Source of the DNA: Myxococcota bacterium
Lineage (GTDB): Bacteria; Myxococcota_A; UBA9160; UBA6930
NCBI GenBank assembly: GCA_965223415.1
Contig: OZ245002.1
Span: 5,000,757-5,064,756, forward strand
DNA: 64,000 nt
Reading direction: 5' to 3'
Positions 18,618 through 27,061 of this stretch are shown here, piece after piece. The position numbers were made by a program, and so were the translations under genes. The notes under the pieces were generated by a model. That model saw only the letters and a list, made by a program, of their open reading frames with translations, made no database searches and was not told the DNA's origin. Positions within the stretch are counted from its first letter, which is position 1. Each line of letters starts with the position of its first letter.

Positions 18618-20537
18618 CTACTCACCGATCGGAATCCCAAGGTCGTGGCCCAGCTGGAAGGCCAGCTGCTCGACCACCACCGGATCGGAGGTGTGGAAGG
18701 TGGTGGCGTCGTCGGCGCTGCCGTCTTGCAGGAACGCATACGAGGCTCCCTCGCCCATGTAGACGAGGAAGGGCTGCTCGCGGGTGCCGGAGCTCGGCGC
18801 CACCCACGTGACCGGAACGCCCGGCATCAGCTGCTCGTCGCGCTCGGCGAAGAGGAAGACGTCCGTGTGGGGCGTGGTGCCGCGCAGCTGCTCCAGGCCC
18901 CCGCGCAGGGAGCCGGCCTCGCCGCCGGGCGGCGCCAGGAAGAGCAGCCCCCGCTGATGGGGATTGCGGCTCACCTCGTCGAGAAGGAAGCGCGCCATCT
19001 GGTCGCCGAGCTCCCCGCGCCCTTCGTCGCCTTCGGCCAGGAGGCTCTCCAGGAGCCGCCGGAAGGGGACCTCCTCCAGCTCGTAGCGGCGGAGCAGGCT
19101 CTTGCGGTCCTCCTCGATGCGCCGCTCGAGGCAGGCGTGCAGGGAGGTCCGGTCGACACCGTTCGACGGGAAGGTGGCCATGGCGGAAAGGACCACGGGC
19201 CGGTCGTCGCCCAGCTCCCGGAGCGCCGGACTGCGCTCCACCGCCGTCCGCAGCCGCCGCTTCGCCACCGCCGAGCCCAGGCTGTCGCACTCGGGCAGCA
19301 TGACCAGGTACTCGTGGTCGCTCTGGGTCGCCAGCAGGTCGGTGACCCGCACCGCCTTCTCCAGATCGGCCACCACCGCCTGGATCCAGGCGCTGAACTC
19401 CCGCAGCGAGAGGCGCTCGCGCACGGGGCCGATCGGGTCCAGCTGCATGCGCACGAGCGAGACACTGCGGCCGAAGCGCTTGGCCTTCTGGAGCTCGTGG
19501 TGGAGCACGTCGTCGAGGTAGGCGCCGGTGTAGGCGCGAGTGGTCGGGTCCTTGAAGGAGCGTCGCTCGAGGGACTGGAACTCGATCGCGTTGGCCAGCG
19601 CCTGGCTCGCGAACAGCGCGAAGCGCTCGGCCACCTCCCGGTCGGCCGCGTCGAATTCGGCGCCGTCGAGCCGGTCGGTCAGGCGCAGCACACCCAGCAA
19701 GCGGCCGTCGTGGCGAAGGGAGACGTAGAGCGGGGCCCGGGACGCACCGGTGCCCTCCGGCTGCAGCGAGCGGCAGCCCGGGTCCCGGAGTGGCTGGAGC
19801 GCTTCGGGCAGGCGATCCAGGACGAGCTGCGTCTCCTCCTCGTCGACCCGCACCAGGCCGCCCACGCCGCACAGCTCGAGTGCCCGCGGCGGGTCCCCGT
19901 CCGCGAGCCAGGCGACCCCGGCGTGGGCGTTCGTCTCCAGGCAGAGCACCTCGACCACGCGATCGGCCAGGGGCTCCAGCGAAAGCGTCGAGAACAAGCT
20001 CAGCGCTCGCTCGTACTGGGCGAAGTGGCCCATGAAGGACAGATTCTCGGCGACCAGGCGGTCGTGCTCGGCGTGCATGGCCCGGCGTTCGAGCACGCCG
20101 TCGATCGCGCGCAGCAGCGAGGTGCGGTCGATGGGCTTGAGCAGGTAGTCCGTCGCACCGAGCCGCATCGCTTCCACGGCGGTCTTCACGTCGCCCACGC
20201 TGGTGACCACCACCACGTCCTGCTCCGGCCAGCGCTCCTTCACCTGGCGGACGAGCTCGCGGCCGTCCATCTCGGGCATCACCAGATCCGTGAGGACCAG
20301 GTCGACCGGCTCCTCCTCCATCAGGGCGAGGGCCTCGGCGCCGCTTCCGGCCGTGACGACCTCGAAGTCTTCCTGCTGAAGGAGGTCCTCGAGGAACACC
20401 CGGAAGTAGAGCTGGTCGTCGACCGCGAGGATGCGCGCCTGGTTCAAGGCTCTTGCCTCGCGTGATGGGTCCGGGCCTGGTTCAAGGATCACCCCTCCCG
20501 GATCCTGTCCGGGCATGGTTCGTAGGCCCTTCCTCAC
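18618..20537 (-). CDS. response regulator with GAF-like, degenerate GGDEF and DICT-like domains
   Basis: 639 aa. REC domain (RILAVDDQ, LVLTDLVMPEMDG, YLLKP). GAF-like middle region. GGDEF-like region with RVTD then SDHEY instead of GG[DE]EF. C-terminal VFLFAERDE...EQPFLVYMGEGASYAFLQDG...FHTSDPVVVEQL resembles a DICT domain. The GTG start overlaps the miaB stop; an ATG at 20516 is an alternative start. Confidence 0.8.
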   Translation of the reverse strand: MRKGLRTMPGQDPGGVILEPGPDPSREARALNQARILAVDDQLYFRVFLEDLLQQEDFEVVTAGSGAEALALMEEEPVDLVLTDLVMPEMDGRELVRQVKERWPEQDVVVVTSVGDVKTAVEAMRLGATDYLLKPIDRTSLLRAIDGVLERRAMHAEHDRLVAENLSFMGHFAQYERALSLFSTLSLEPLADRVVEVLCLETNAHAGVAWLADGDPPRALELCGVGGLVRVDEEETQLVLDRLPEALQPLRDPGCRSLQPEGTGASRAPLYVSLRHDGRLLGVLRLTDRLDGAEFDAADREVAERFALFASQALANAIEFQSLERRSFKDPTTRAYTGAYLDDVLHHELQKAKRFGRSVSLVRMQLDPIGPVRERLSLREFSAWIQAVVADLEKAVRVTDLLATQSDHEYLVMLPECDSLGSAVAKRRLRTAVERSPALRELGDDRPVVLSAMATFPSNGVDRTSLHACLERRIEEDRKSLLRRYELEEVPFRRLLESLLAEGDEGRGELGDQMARFLLDEVSRNPHQRGLLFLAPPGGEAGSLRGGLEQLRGTTPHTDVFLFAERDEQLMPGVPVTWVAPSSGTREQPFLVYMGEGASYAFLQDGSADDATTFHTSDPVVVEQLAFQLGHDLGIPIGE

Positions 20538-21952
20538 GACGGGGTCGGAAAGGCGCCCTCTTCATCGGCGGATCGTCCTGGCTCCGTGAGTGTGCCGCGA
20601 AGCGGGACCGGGCGGCCGATCAAGGAGTGCGGGGTCGCGTCGACGATCTCCACCTCCAACAGGCTGCCCCCGGGGGCTCGGTGGTGGACGTTCACGACCC
20701 GGTGCTGGGGGTCCCGGCCCCGGAGCTGGCCCGGCGATCTCCCGGTCGCGCCCTCTACGAGGATCTCGGCGCGCTCCCCGACCCGGGCCCGGTGGGCCTG
20801 GAGCGTCAGGCGGCGCTGGAGGGCCTGGAGCCGCTCCAGGCGCTCCTGGGCGACCTCCGGCGGCACCCGGGCCTCCCGGCGCGCGGCCGCGGCCGTGCCA
20901 GGCCGCGGCGAGTATTTGAAGGAGTACGCGTCCACGAAGCCCACCTCCTCCACCAGGGCGAGGGTGGCCTGGAAGTCCGCTTCGGTCTCACCGGGGAAGC
21001 CGACGATCAGGTCGGTGGTGAGGACCAGGTCCGGCCGGGCCGCCTGGAGCGCACGGGCCCAGTCGCGGAAGTCGTCGGCGGTGTAGCGCCGACGCATGGC
21101 CTCGAGGACGCGATCCGAGCCGCTCTGGAGCGGCAGGTGGACGTGAGGGCAGAGCTCCGGGATCTCGGCGTGGGCCCGCACCAGGGCCTCGTCGAAGAAG
21201 CTCGGGTGGGGGCTCGTGTAGCGGATGCGATCCAGGCCCGGGATCGCCGCCAGCCGCCCCAGCAGCTCGGCGAACGCCAGCGTTCCGGCGGCCTCGGCCC
21301 GGCCCCGGCGCAGGTCGTGCCGGCCGTAGGCATTCACGGTCTGACCGAGCAGGGTCACCTCCCGCACGCCGCCCCCGGCCAGGGCCCGGGCCTCGGCGAG
21401 GATCCGCTCGGCGGGCCGACTGATCTCCCGCCCCCGGGTAGTCGGGACGATGCAGAAGCTGCAGAACAGGTCGCAACCTTCCATGACGGTCAGGAAGGCC
21501 CGCCCGGGGGTCCGGTCCCGAAACGCCGGGTGCCGCTCGGGCAGATCGAATCGCTCGAGGGACGCGACCACTCCGGTGCGGGCCACCCGTCGGCCGGTCC
21601 GGGCGGCCTCGATCATCTCTGGGACGTAGCGCAGGTTGTGGGTACCGAACACGAAGTCGACGTGGCCAAAGCGCCCGAGCAGCGCGTCACCCTCCTGCTG
21701 GGCGACGCAGCCCCCGACCCCGAGCACCCGCTCCGGCGCCGCGCGCTTCCACTCGCGCAGCGCTCCCAGGTCGCTGTAGAGCTTGTGCTCGGCCTTCTCC
21801 CGGATCGAGCAGGTATTGATGATGAGGAGCTCGCTCGTCTCCTCGTCGTCCGCGGAGCCCCAGCCGGCGTGGTGGAGCAGGTTCGCCAGCTTGTCCGAAT
21901 CGTGGACGTTCATCTGGCAGCCGTAGGTGCGGAGGGCGAAGCGGCGCGGCAC
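20534..21952 (-). CDS. miaB: tRNA-2-methylthio-N6-dimethylallyladenosine synthase
   Basis: 472 aa. MPRRFALRTYGCQMNVHDS (UPF0004 cluster), radical-SAM CDLFCSFCIVP, and a TRAM C-terminus. The start codon is GTG. Confidence 0.95.
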   Translation of the reverse strand: MPRRFALRTYGCQMNVHDSDKLANLLHHAGWGSADDEETSELLIINTCSIREKAEHKLYSDLGALREWKRAAPERVLGVGGCVAQQEGDALLGRFGHVDFVFGTHNLRYVPEMIEAARTGRRVARTGVVASLERFDLPERHPAFRDRTPGRAFLTVMEGCDLFCSFCIVPTTRGREISRPAERILAEARALAGGGVREVTLLGQTVNAYGRHDLRRGRAEAAGTLAFAELLGRLAAIPGLDRIRYTSPHPSFFDEALVRAHAEIPELCPHVHLPLQSGSDRVLEAMRRRYTADDFRDWARALQAARPDLVLTTDLIVGFPGETEADFQATLALVEEVGFVDAYSFKYSPRPGTAAAARREARVPPEVAQERLERLQALQRRLTLQAHRARVGERAEILVEGATGRSPGQLRGRDPQHRVVNVHHRAPGGSLLEVEIVDATPHSLIGRPVPLRGTLTEPGRSADEEGAFPTPS

Positions 21953-21958
21953 GGCGGC

Positions 21959-21988
21959 AGCCTACCCGAGAGCGCCGGCGAGCGTCAA
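21959..21988 (-). promoter_or_regulatory. candidate sigma70-type promoter placing the miaB GTG at or next to the transcription start (possible leaderless mRNA)
   Basis: Minus strand reads TTGACG (21988-21983), an 18-nt spacer, then TAGGCT (21964-21959). The -10 ends 6 nt before the GTG at 21952. No purine-rich Shine-Dalgarno lies in between. Confidence 0.3.
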
Positions 21989-22097
21989 AGTGTCCGGATT
22001 TCCTGGAAAAACCTGAACTTCACGCTCAAGGAACAGGGGCAACCTACGGAAGTTGCTGGCCTTTGCGGATCACCAACCGTGTTCTGCGAAATGATGT

Positions 22098-22131
22098 TTG
22101 ACAACGCGGGCCGGCCTGGCACATACTCGGC
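22098..22131 (+). promoter_or_regulatory. candidate plus-strand promoter (sigma70-like and overlapping sigma54-like motifs)
   Basis: TTGACA at 22098-22103, then 17-18 nt to ACATAC/CATACT at 22121-22127. This overlaps TGGCAC-N5-CGGC at 22117-22131. No annotated plus-strand gene lies downstream. Confidence 0.25.
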
Positions 22132-22154
22132 TTCACCGACTCCAACAGGTTCAT

Positions 22155-22273
22155 GGAGCGGCGGTGGATAAGGCATTTCTCACCGAAATGTCCAACCTCT
22201 CACCCCCCATCATCTATCCACCGCCTCTCCGCCCTGAACGAAGCCCCGCCCGGCGCGAGCCTGGCGGGGCTTC
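22155..22273. ncRNA. candidate structured RNA element (nested hairpins plus a GC-rich terminal hairpin), strand unresolved
   Basis: Outer stem GGAGCGGCGGTGGATA (22155-22170) pairs with TATCCACCGCCTCTCC (22215-22230), 16 bp with one mismatch. Inner hairpin is CATTTC-tcacc-GAAATG (22174-22190). A perfect 11-bp hairpin GAAGCCCCGCC (22240-22250) / GGCGGGGCTTC (22263-22273) follows. Confidence 0.3.
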
Positions 22274-23370
22274 TCGTTGGAGGCGAAGAGCACGGGGCCG
22301 ACCGCATCCGCGAGCATCCGTCCCACCTCGCGCTCGCCCTCCGGCGTGAAGTGGCAGTCGTCCATCAGCCAGCGTTCTCGGTCGAGGCGGTAGAGGTCCA
22401 CCAGCGGAGCGGCCAGCTCGGCGGCGACTTCGCGCGTCGCCGCGTTGTTGGCTCGCGCCCGGGCCTCGAGGCTCGGGAGCAGCTCGGGCCGATGGGTGAG
22501 CACGCTCGACGCGTAGCCCTCGGTCCGGAACGGGACGGTAGCGAGGACCGGGACCGCTCCGAGGGCCCGTCCACCGGCGACGAAGCGGCGCAGGTTCGCC
22601 TCGAAGGTGGCGCCGATCCCCGGCCGTTCCAGGTTCGCGGCGAGCTCGTCGACGGTCGGCCGGTTGTCGTAGCGGATCGAGCCGTAGAGGGGGTGCTCGG
22701 CACCGGCCGAGAACCCGAGGCGCCCGCGGCCGCTGGCCAGTACGAGCATCGCCAGATGGGAGACCCGGAACAGCCGCTTGAAGGGCCGATTGCTCGCCCG
22801 TAGGTCGTAGTCGAATCGGCGGTAGTGGCTGTAATCGTCCCGGTAGTCGTTCCAGAGCTGGGGGAAGATCTCGTTGCGGCCGTCGGTCATCACCACCACG
22901 TCGGGCTCGAGCCCGGCGACGTGGGCGTTCAGGTGGAGCAGGGTCTCGCGGGAGGTCCAGCCGGGCACGCCGGCGTTCACGACCTCGACCGGGCGCCCCG
23001 GGTAGCGGCGGGCCAGCTCCTCGCCGAGGCGCACGGCGCCGGTCTCGTCGTCCTCCACCCCGATCCCGTAGACCGTCGAGGCGCCCATCAGCACGACGCG
23101 GCGCACGCCCGCGGGCTTGGGGACGCGAAACGGCGGGCTCCGGAAGCCCCTCTCGTCATGGCGAAAGCCCGGGGCCTCGAAGTCCGGCGTGAGGCGGTAG
23201 CCCAGCGCCTCGTCCCACGTGAAGCGTCCCCGGGTCTCGGTCTCGTGGGTGAGCTGGTGGGCCTTGGCCTCGGGCCAGCTCCCCGCCACGAACAGGCGGG
23301 CGCCGACCTCGGCCATCAGCACGACGAACGCGACGCTGGCGGCCGCCAGCAGGAGCTCCACTCGGGTCAC
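22210..23370 (-). CDS. SGNH/GDSL-family hydrolase, N-terminally membrane-anchored
   Basis: 386 aa. TM segment LLLAAASVAFVVLMAEVGA, block I VVLMGASTVYG, NAGVPGW, and block V DDCHFTPEG (DxxH). The GTG start overlaps the dipeptidase stop. Confidence 0.75.
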   Translation of the reverse strand: MTRVELLLAAASVAFVVLMAEVGARLFVAGSWPEAKAHQLTHETETRGRFTWDEALGYRLTPDFEAPGFRHDERGFRSPPFRVPKPAGVRRVVLMGASTVYGIGVEDDETGAVRLGEELARRYPGRPVEVVNAGVPGWTSRETLLHLNAHVAGLEPDVVVMTDGRNEIFPQLWNDYRDDYSHYRRFDYDLRASNRPFKRLFRVSHLAMLVLASGRGRLGFSAGAEHPLYGSIRYDNRPTVDELAANLERPGIGATFEANLRRFVAGGRALGAVPVLATVPFRTEGYASSVLTHRPELLPSLEARARANNAATREVAAELAAPLVDLYRLDRERWLMDDCHFTPEGEREVGRMLADAVGPVLFASNEKPRQARAGRGFVQGGEAVDR

Positions 23371-24581
23371 GGGGCTTCCGATCGGCCGTCGGGTCGGCGG
23401 GCTTCAGTCGCCCCGCCCTCCCGGGGCAACACGCTCCGCAGCACCCGGAGAGCGTTGCCCGCCAGGACCCCCCGGATCTCGTCGTCGCGGAAGCCCTCGG
23501 CGACGAGTGCGTCGACGAGGAGCGAGAGTCCCGTCGTGTCGAAGGCGGTGGTGACAGCGCCGTCGAAGTCCGAGCCCAGGGCCACGTGATCGGCTCCCAC
23601 GAGGTCGCGCACGTGGGCCGCGGCCCGGGCCACGTGCTCGGGGGAGGTGCCGCACACCGCGCCGGCGAAGTAGCCGATGCCCACCACGCCTCCGGTGGCG
23701 GCGATGCCCCGAAGCTGGGCGTCCGCGAGGTTGCGCGGCCCCGGACAGGTGGCCTGGACGCCGGTGTGGGAGGCCACCAGGGGGCCGACCCCGAGCGCCA
23801 GGAGGTCGTCGACGGTCGCCGGCGAGGCATGGGCCACGTCGATCGCCACCCCGAGCGCTCGCGCGCGCCGCACGGCGGCCCGGCCCAGCTCGGTGAGGCC
23901 GTACTTCGCCTCACCCGCCGATGAGCCGCCGACGCGGTTGTCGAAGAAGTGGGTAGGCGCCATCATGCGCAGCCCCGCGGCGAACAGCGCGTCCACCCCG
24001 CCGAGCTCGCCGTCGAGGGCCTGCATGCCCTCGAGGCCCAGCATCCCGCCCACGACGGCCTCGCCCCGGCGCCGCGCCGCCACGACGGCGTCGAGGTCGG
24101 CCCGCGTCCGGACGATCCGCAGGCGGCCGTCGGATCCACCCGCGAGCTCGACCAGGCGGGCCGCCTGATGCTCGGCCCGGGCCCGGCGACTCGTCCAGGT
24201 GGCCACGGGCCAGCGCTGGAGCACGGCCAGCAGGGTGATCAGGTCCGGCTCGTCGGCCGGGGTGCGCTCGAAGTTCTGGCCCGCGGGCACCTGGGTCACG
24301 AGACCGAACACCTGGAGCGCCACCTGGCCCTCCAACAGGCGGGGCAGGTCCACCTGGCCGTGGGCGAGCTGCCGGCTGAGGTCCCGATCCCAGAGGAGCG
24401 GATCCGCGTGGAGATCCACCGCACCGGCCTCGGCGAGGAGCGCGCGGGCGCGCTCGCTGCCCGCGAAGGGCGGCTCGCCCGCCACCCGGTTGATGCGGCG
24501 ATCCAGCTCGCCGGGCAGCCAGAGAAAGGCGGCGAGCCCGAGCAGCGCGACCCCGCCGGCGACGAGGGCGAGCCACCTCAC
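23367..24581 (-). CDS. membrane dipeptidase (peptidase M19 family)
   Basis: 404 aa. VDLHADPLLW, MMAPTHFFDN, IDVAHASPATVDD, VASHTG, GIGYFAG and HVALGSDFDG follow the renal-dipeptidase family motif order. An N-terminal signal/anchor is present. Confidence 0.85.
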   Translation of the reverse strand: MRWLALVAGGVALLGLAAFLWLPGELDRRINRVAGEPPFAGSERARALLAEAGAVDLHADPLLWDRDLSRQLAHGQVDLPRLLEGQVALQVFGLVTQVPAGQNFERTPADEPDLITLLAVLQRWPVATWTSRRARAEHQAARLVELAGGSDGRLRIVRTRADLDAVVAARRRGEAVVGGMLGLEGMQALDGELGGVDALFAAGLRMMAPTHFFDNRVGGSSAGEAKYGLTELGRAAVRRARALGVAIDVAHASPATVDDLLALGVGPLVASHTGVQATCPGPRNLADAQLRGIAATGGVVGIGYFAGAVCGTSPEHVARAAAHVRDLVGADHVALGSDFDGAVTTAFDTTGLSLLVDALVAEGFRDDEIRGVLAGNALRVLRSVLPREGGATEARRPDGRSEAP

Positions 24582-24620
24582 GCGCTAGCGCACGAGCCGA
24601 TCGAGGCCCCGCATGGCGGC

Positions 24621-26045
24621 CTACAGAACCAGCCGGTCGACGACCCGGGAGAGCTGCTTCAGGTTCCGGCACTCCTCGGCGACGTCCGTATGGGGCAGGT
24701 ATTTGTCCATCACGCTGTCGCCGAAGCCCCAGGCGGAGGGGCTCTCCGGGTTCAGCCAGACGACGTCCTTGGCCTTGTTGCGGATGTCGCGCAGGCACCA
24801 GGCGCGGGGGTCGTTGTAGTTGTTCCGGGCGTCGCCCAGGATGAGCACGGTCGTCTTGTTGTCGATGGAGGACAGGAAGTTCTGCCAGAAGTGGTGGAAG
24901 GCGAAACCGAAGTTCGAACGGGTATAGACGTTGATCACGTCGCCGCCGTCGAGGGCCTTCTCGATGGCGTCGTTGATGTCCTTGTCCTTGAAGACCTGGG
25001 TCACCTCGCCCAGCTCGGACACGAAGACGAAGGCGCGGATCTTCGTGAAGCACTCCTGCAGGCTGTACATGAACTGCAGCATGAAACGGGAGACGTTGGC
25101 CACGGAGCTCGAGACGTCGCAGAGAATCACCAGCTTCGGCTTCTCCTTGCGGCGCTGCTTGAAGATCAGGTCGAAGGGCACGCCGCCGTGGGCCATGTTG
25201 CGGCGCAGCATGGTGTGGAGGTCGAGCTTGCCCTTCTTGAGCCGGCGTTTGCGGATCGAGAGCACGTTCTTGATGCGCTGGGCCAGCCGGGCGACCACCT
25301 CGCGCATCTTCTTGATCTCGTCCTCGGTGAGGTTGTAGAAGCTCTTCTCGAGCAGGCTCTCGCGGCGGAACTTCTCCATGTAGTCGAAGTTCTGCTGCTG
25401 GAGCTGGCGCTCGGTGTAGTTCCGGACGCTCTTGCGCAGGGCCTCCAGGAACTTGTCGATCAGCTCCATCAGGGCTTCGACCTCGGCGTCGCCCATACCC
25501 GACTCGCGGAGCTGCTGGGCCAGCTCGCGGAGCTGGTCCCCGGCCCCCTCGGCGTCCATCTGCTCCATCGTGCGCCGGGTGAAGAAGCCCAGCTGGAGCA
25601 TGTTCTCGATGCGCTCGACCCCGGCGGCCTCGGCCGCCTCCCGGATCAGCTGCTCGAGCTTGTCCAGATCCTGGGTAAGCAGCGCCTTGGCGAGCTCCGA
25701 CAGGTCGAGATCCTGCGGATTGCCCTCCATGTTCTGCATGCCGTCCTGGATGGCCTGCATCAGCTGCTCGAGGTCGAACTCGCCGCCCATCTCGCCTGCG
25801 GCGTTGTCGAAGGAGTTGCGCAGCCCGTCGTAGAAGGCCGACCAGTAGAGATCGAACATCTGGTCGAAGGTGGGGATGTCCTCGGAGCGCTTCACCATGG
25901 TGGTGCGCAGCGCGTCCTTGAAGATCTCCCGGTCGCCGAGGGAGAGCTCGTCGAGCGCCGTGAAGGCGTCGATCGACTCCGCCACCGACACCCGGATCCC
26001 GCTCTTCCGGAGCAGATTGGTGAAATCGACGATCTTCTGCTGCAC
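24621..26045 (-). CDS. VWA domain protein, CoxE-like
   Basis: 474 aa. The N-terminus MQQKIVDFTNLLRKSGIRVSVAESIDAFTAL is typical of CoxE-family proteins. The C-terminal VWA domain has a MIDAS-like LVILCDVSSSV. It is paired with a MoxR ATPase immediately upstream. Confidence 0.85.
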   Translation of the reverse strand: MQQKIVDFTNLLRKSGIRVSVAESIDAFTALDELSLGDREIFKDALRTTMVKRSEDIPTFDQMFDLYWSAFYDGLRNSFDNAAGEMGGEFDLEQLMQAIQDGMQNMEGNPQDLDLSELAKALLTQDLDKLEQLIREAAEAAGVERIENMLQLGFFTRRTMEQMDAEGAGDQLRELAQQLRESGMGDAEVEALMELIDKFLEALRKSVRNYTERQLQQQNFDYMEKFRRESLLEKSFYNLTEDEIKKMREVVARLAQRIKNVLSIRKRRLKKGKLDLHTMLRRNMAHGGVPFDLIFKQRRKEKPKLVILCDVSSSVANVSRFMLQFMYSLQECFTKIRAFVFVSELGEVTQVFKDKDINDAIEKALDGGDVINVYTRSNFGFAFHHFWQNFLSSIDNKTTVLILGDARNNYNDPRAWCLRDIRNKAKDVVWLNPESPSAWGFGDSVMDKYLPHTDVAEECRNLKQLSRVVDRLVL

Positions 26046-26055
26046 GGGGACCCCT

Positions 26056-27051
26056 CTAGTGCAGGACGCCCTTCTTGGCGGGCTTCGGCGCTTCGGCCTC
26101 CGCCGGCTTGCCCTCCGGGGCGGCCTCGGTCGCTTCCTCCGCCTTGCGGGTGATCAGCCGGCCGAGCTCGGCCTGGGTCTTCTTGATGTCGCCCTCGTAC
26201 TTGAGGATCACGTTCAGCGTGTCGCGCACCAGGTCCTCGTCCAGCTCGTTGGCGTTGAGCGCCAGGAGCGCCCGGGCCCAGTCGAGGGTCTCGCTGATCG
26301 AGGGCGTCTTCTTGAGGTCGAGCTTGCGCAGGCGCTGCATCACGCCCACCAGCTCTTCGGCCAGGCGTCGGTCGATGCCCTCGACCTTCTTGTCGAGGAT
26401 CCTCACCTCGAGCTCCTCGGTCGGGAAGTCGATGTAGAGGTGGAGGCAGCGGCGCTTGAGCGCGTCGCTCATCTCCCGGGCGTCGTTCGAGGTGAGGAAG
26501 ACGATCGGCTTGTGACGGGCCTCCAGGGTGCCGACCTCGGGCACCGTGACCTGGAAGTCCGAGAGCACCTCCAGCAGGAAGGCTTCGAACTCCGGGTCGC
26601 TCTTGTCCACCTCGTCGATCAGGAGCAGCGTGGGCTGCTCGGCCTGGATCGCGCGGAGGAGCGGCCGGGGCACGATGAAGTTCTCGGAGAAGAAGACGCT
26701 GTCCTCCTCGCCCACCCGGGCGGCGGCGTCCTTGACCGTGGTGGTCCCGGCCATCGCCTCGGAGAACTTCTCCTTCAGGATCTGGGTGTAGAGGAGCTGC
26801 TTCGAGTACTCCCACTCGTAGAGGGCCTTGGCCTCGTCGAGCCCCTCGTAGCACTGCAGCCGGATCATCGGCCGCCCAGTGGCGGCGGAGACGACCTTGG
26901 CGAGCTCGGTCTTGCCGACGCCGGCCGGGCCCTCCACCAGCACCGGCTTCTCCAGCTTCGACGCCAGGAAGACCACCGTCGCGATGTTCTTGTCGCAGAT
27001 GTAGTCCTGGGCGTCGAGCTGCTCGATGACTTGCTCGGGCGAGTCGAACAT
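26056..27051 (-). CDS. MoxR-like AAA+ ATPase (CoxD-like)
   Basis: 331 aa. Walker A GPAGVGKTELAK, YEWEYSKQLL, Walker B LLLIDEVDK, and a Lys/Ala/Glu/Pro-rich C-terminal tail. Confidence 0.9.
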   Translation of the reverse strand: MFDSPEQVIEQLDAQDYICDKNIATVVFLASKLEKPVLVEGPAGVGKTELAKVVSAATGRPMIRLQCYEGLDEAKALYEWEYSKQLLYTQILKEKFSEAMAGTTTVKDAAARVGEEDSVFFSENFIVPRPLLRAIQAEQPTLLLIDEVDKSDPEFEAFLLEVLSDFQVTVPEVGTLEARHKPIVFLTSNDAREMSDALKRRCLHLYIDFPTEELEVRILDKKVEGIDRRLAEELVGVMQRLRKLDLKKTPSISETLDWARALLALNANELDEDLVRDTLNVILKYEGDIKKTQAELGRLITRKAEEATEAAPEGKPAEAEAPKPAKKGVLH

Positions 27052-27061
27052 GGGGCTCCTC

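Noticed and set aside
22153-22803. A 216-aa plus-strand ORF starting in the miaB-proximal spacer.
   Set aside because: It runs antisense through the SGNH hydrolase gene, has no motifs, and has a Pro/Arg/Gly-rich composition. The spacer is better explained as RNA structure.
24621-27051. The MoxR/VWA genes looked less GC-rich and might be a horizontally acquired islet.
   Set aside because: Third codon positions are still mostly G/C. The impression comes from a conserved Lys/Asn/Phe/Ile-rich protein sequence. There are no flanking repeats, tRNA junctions or mobility genes.
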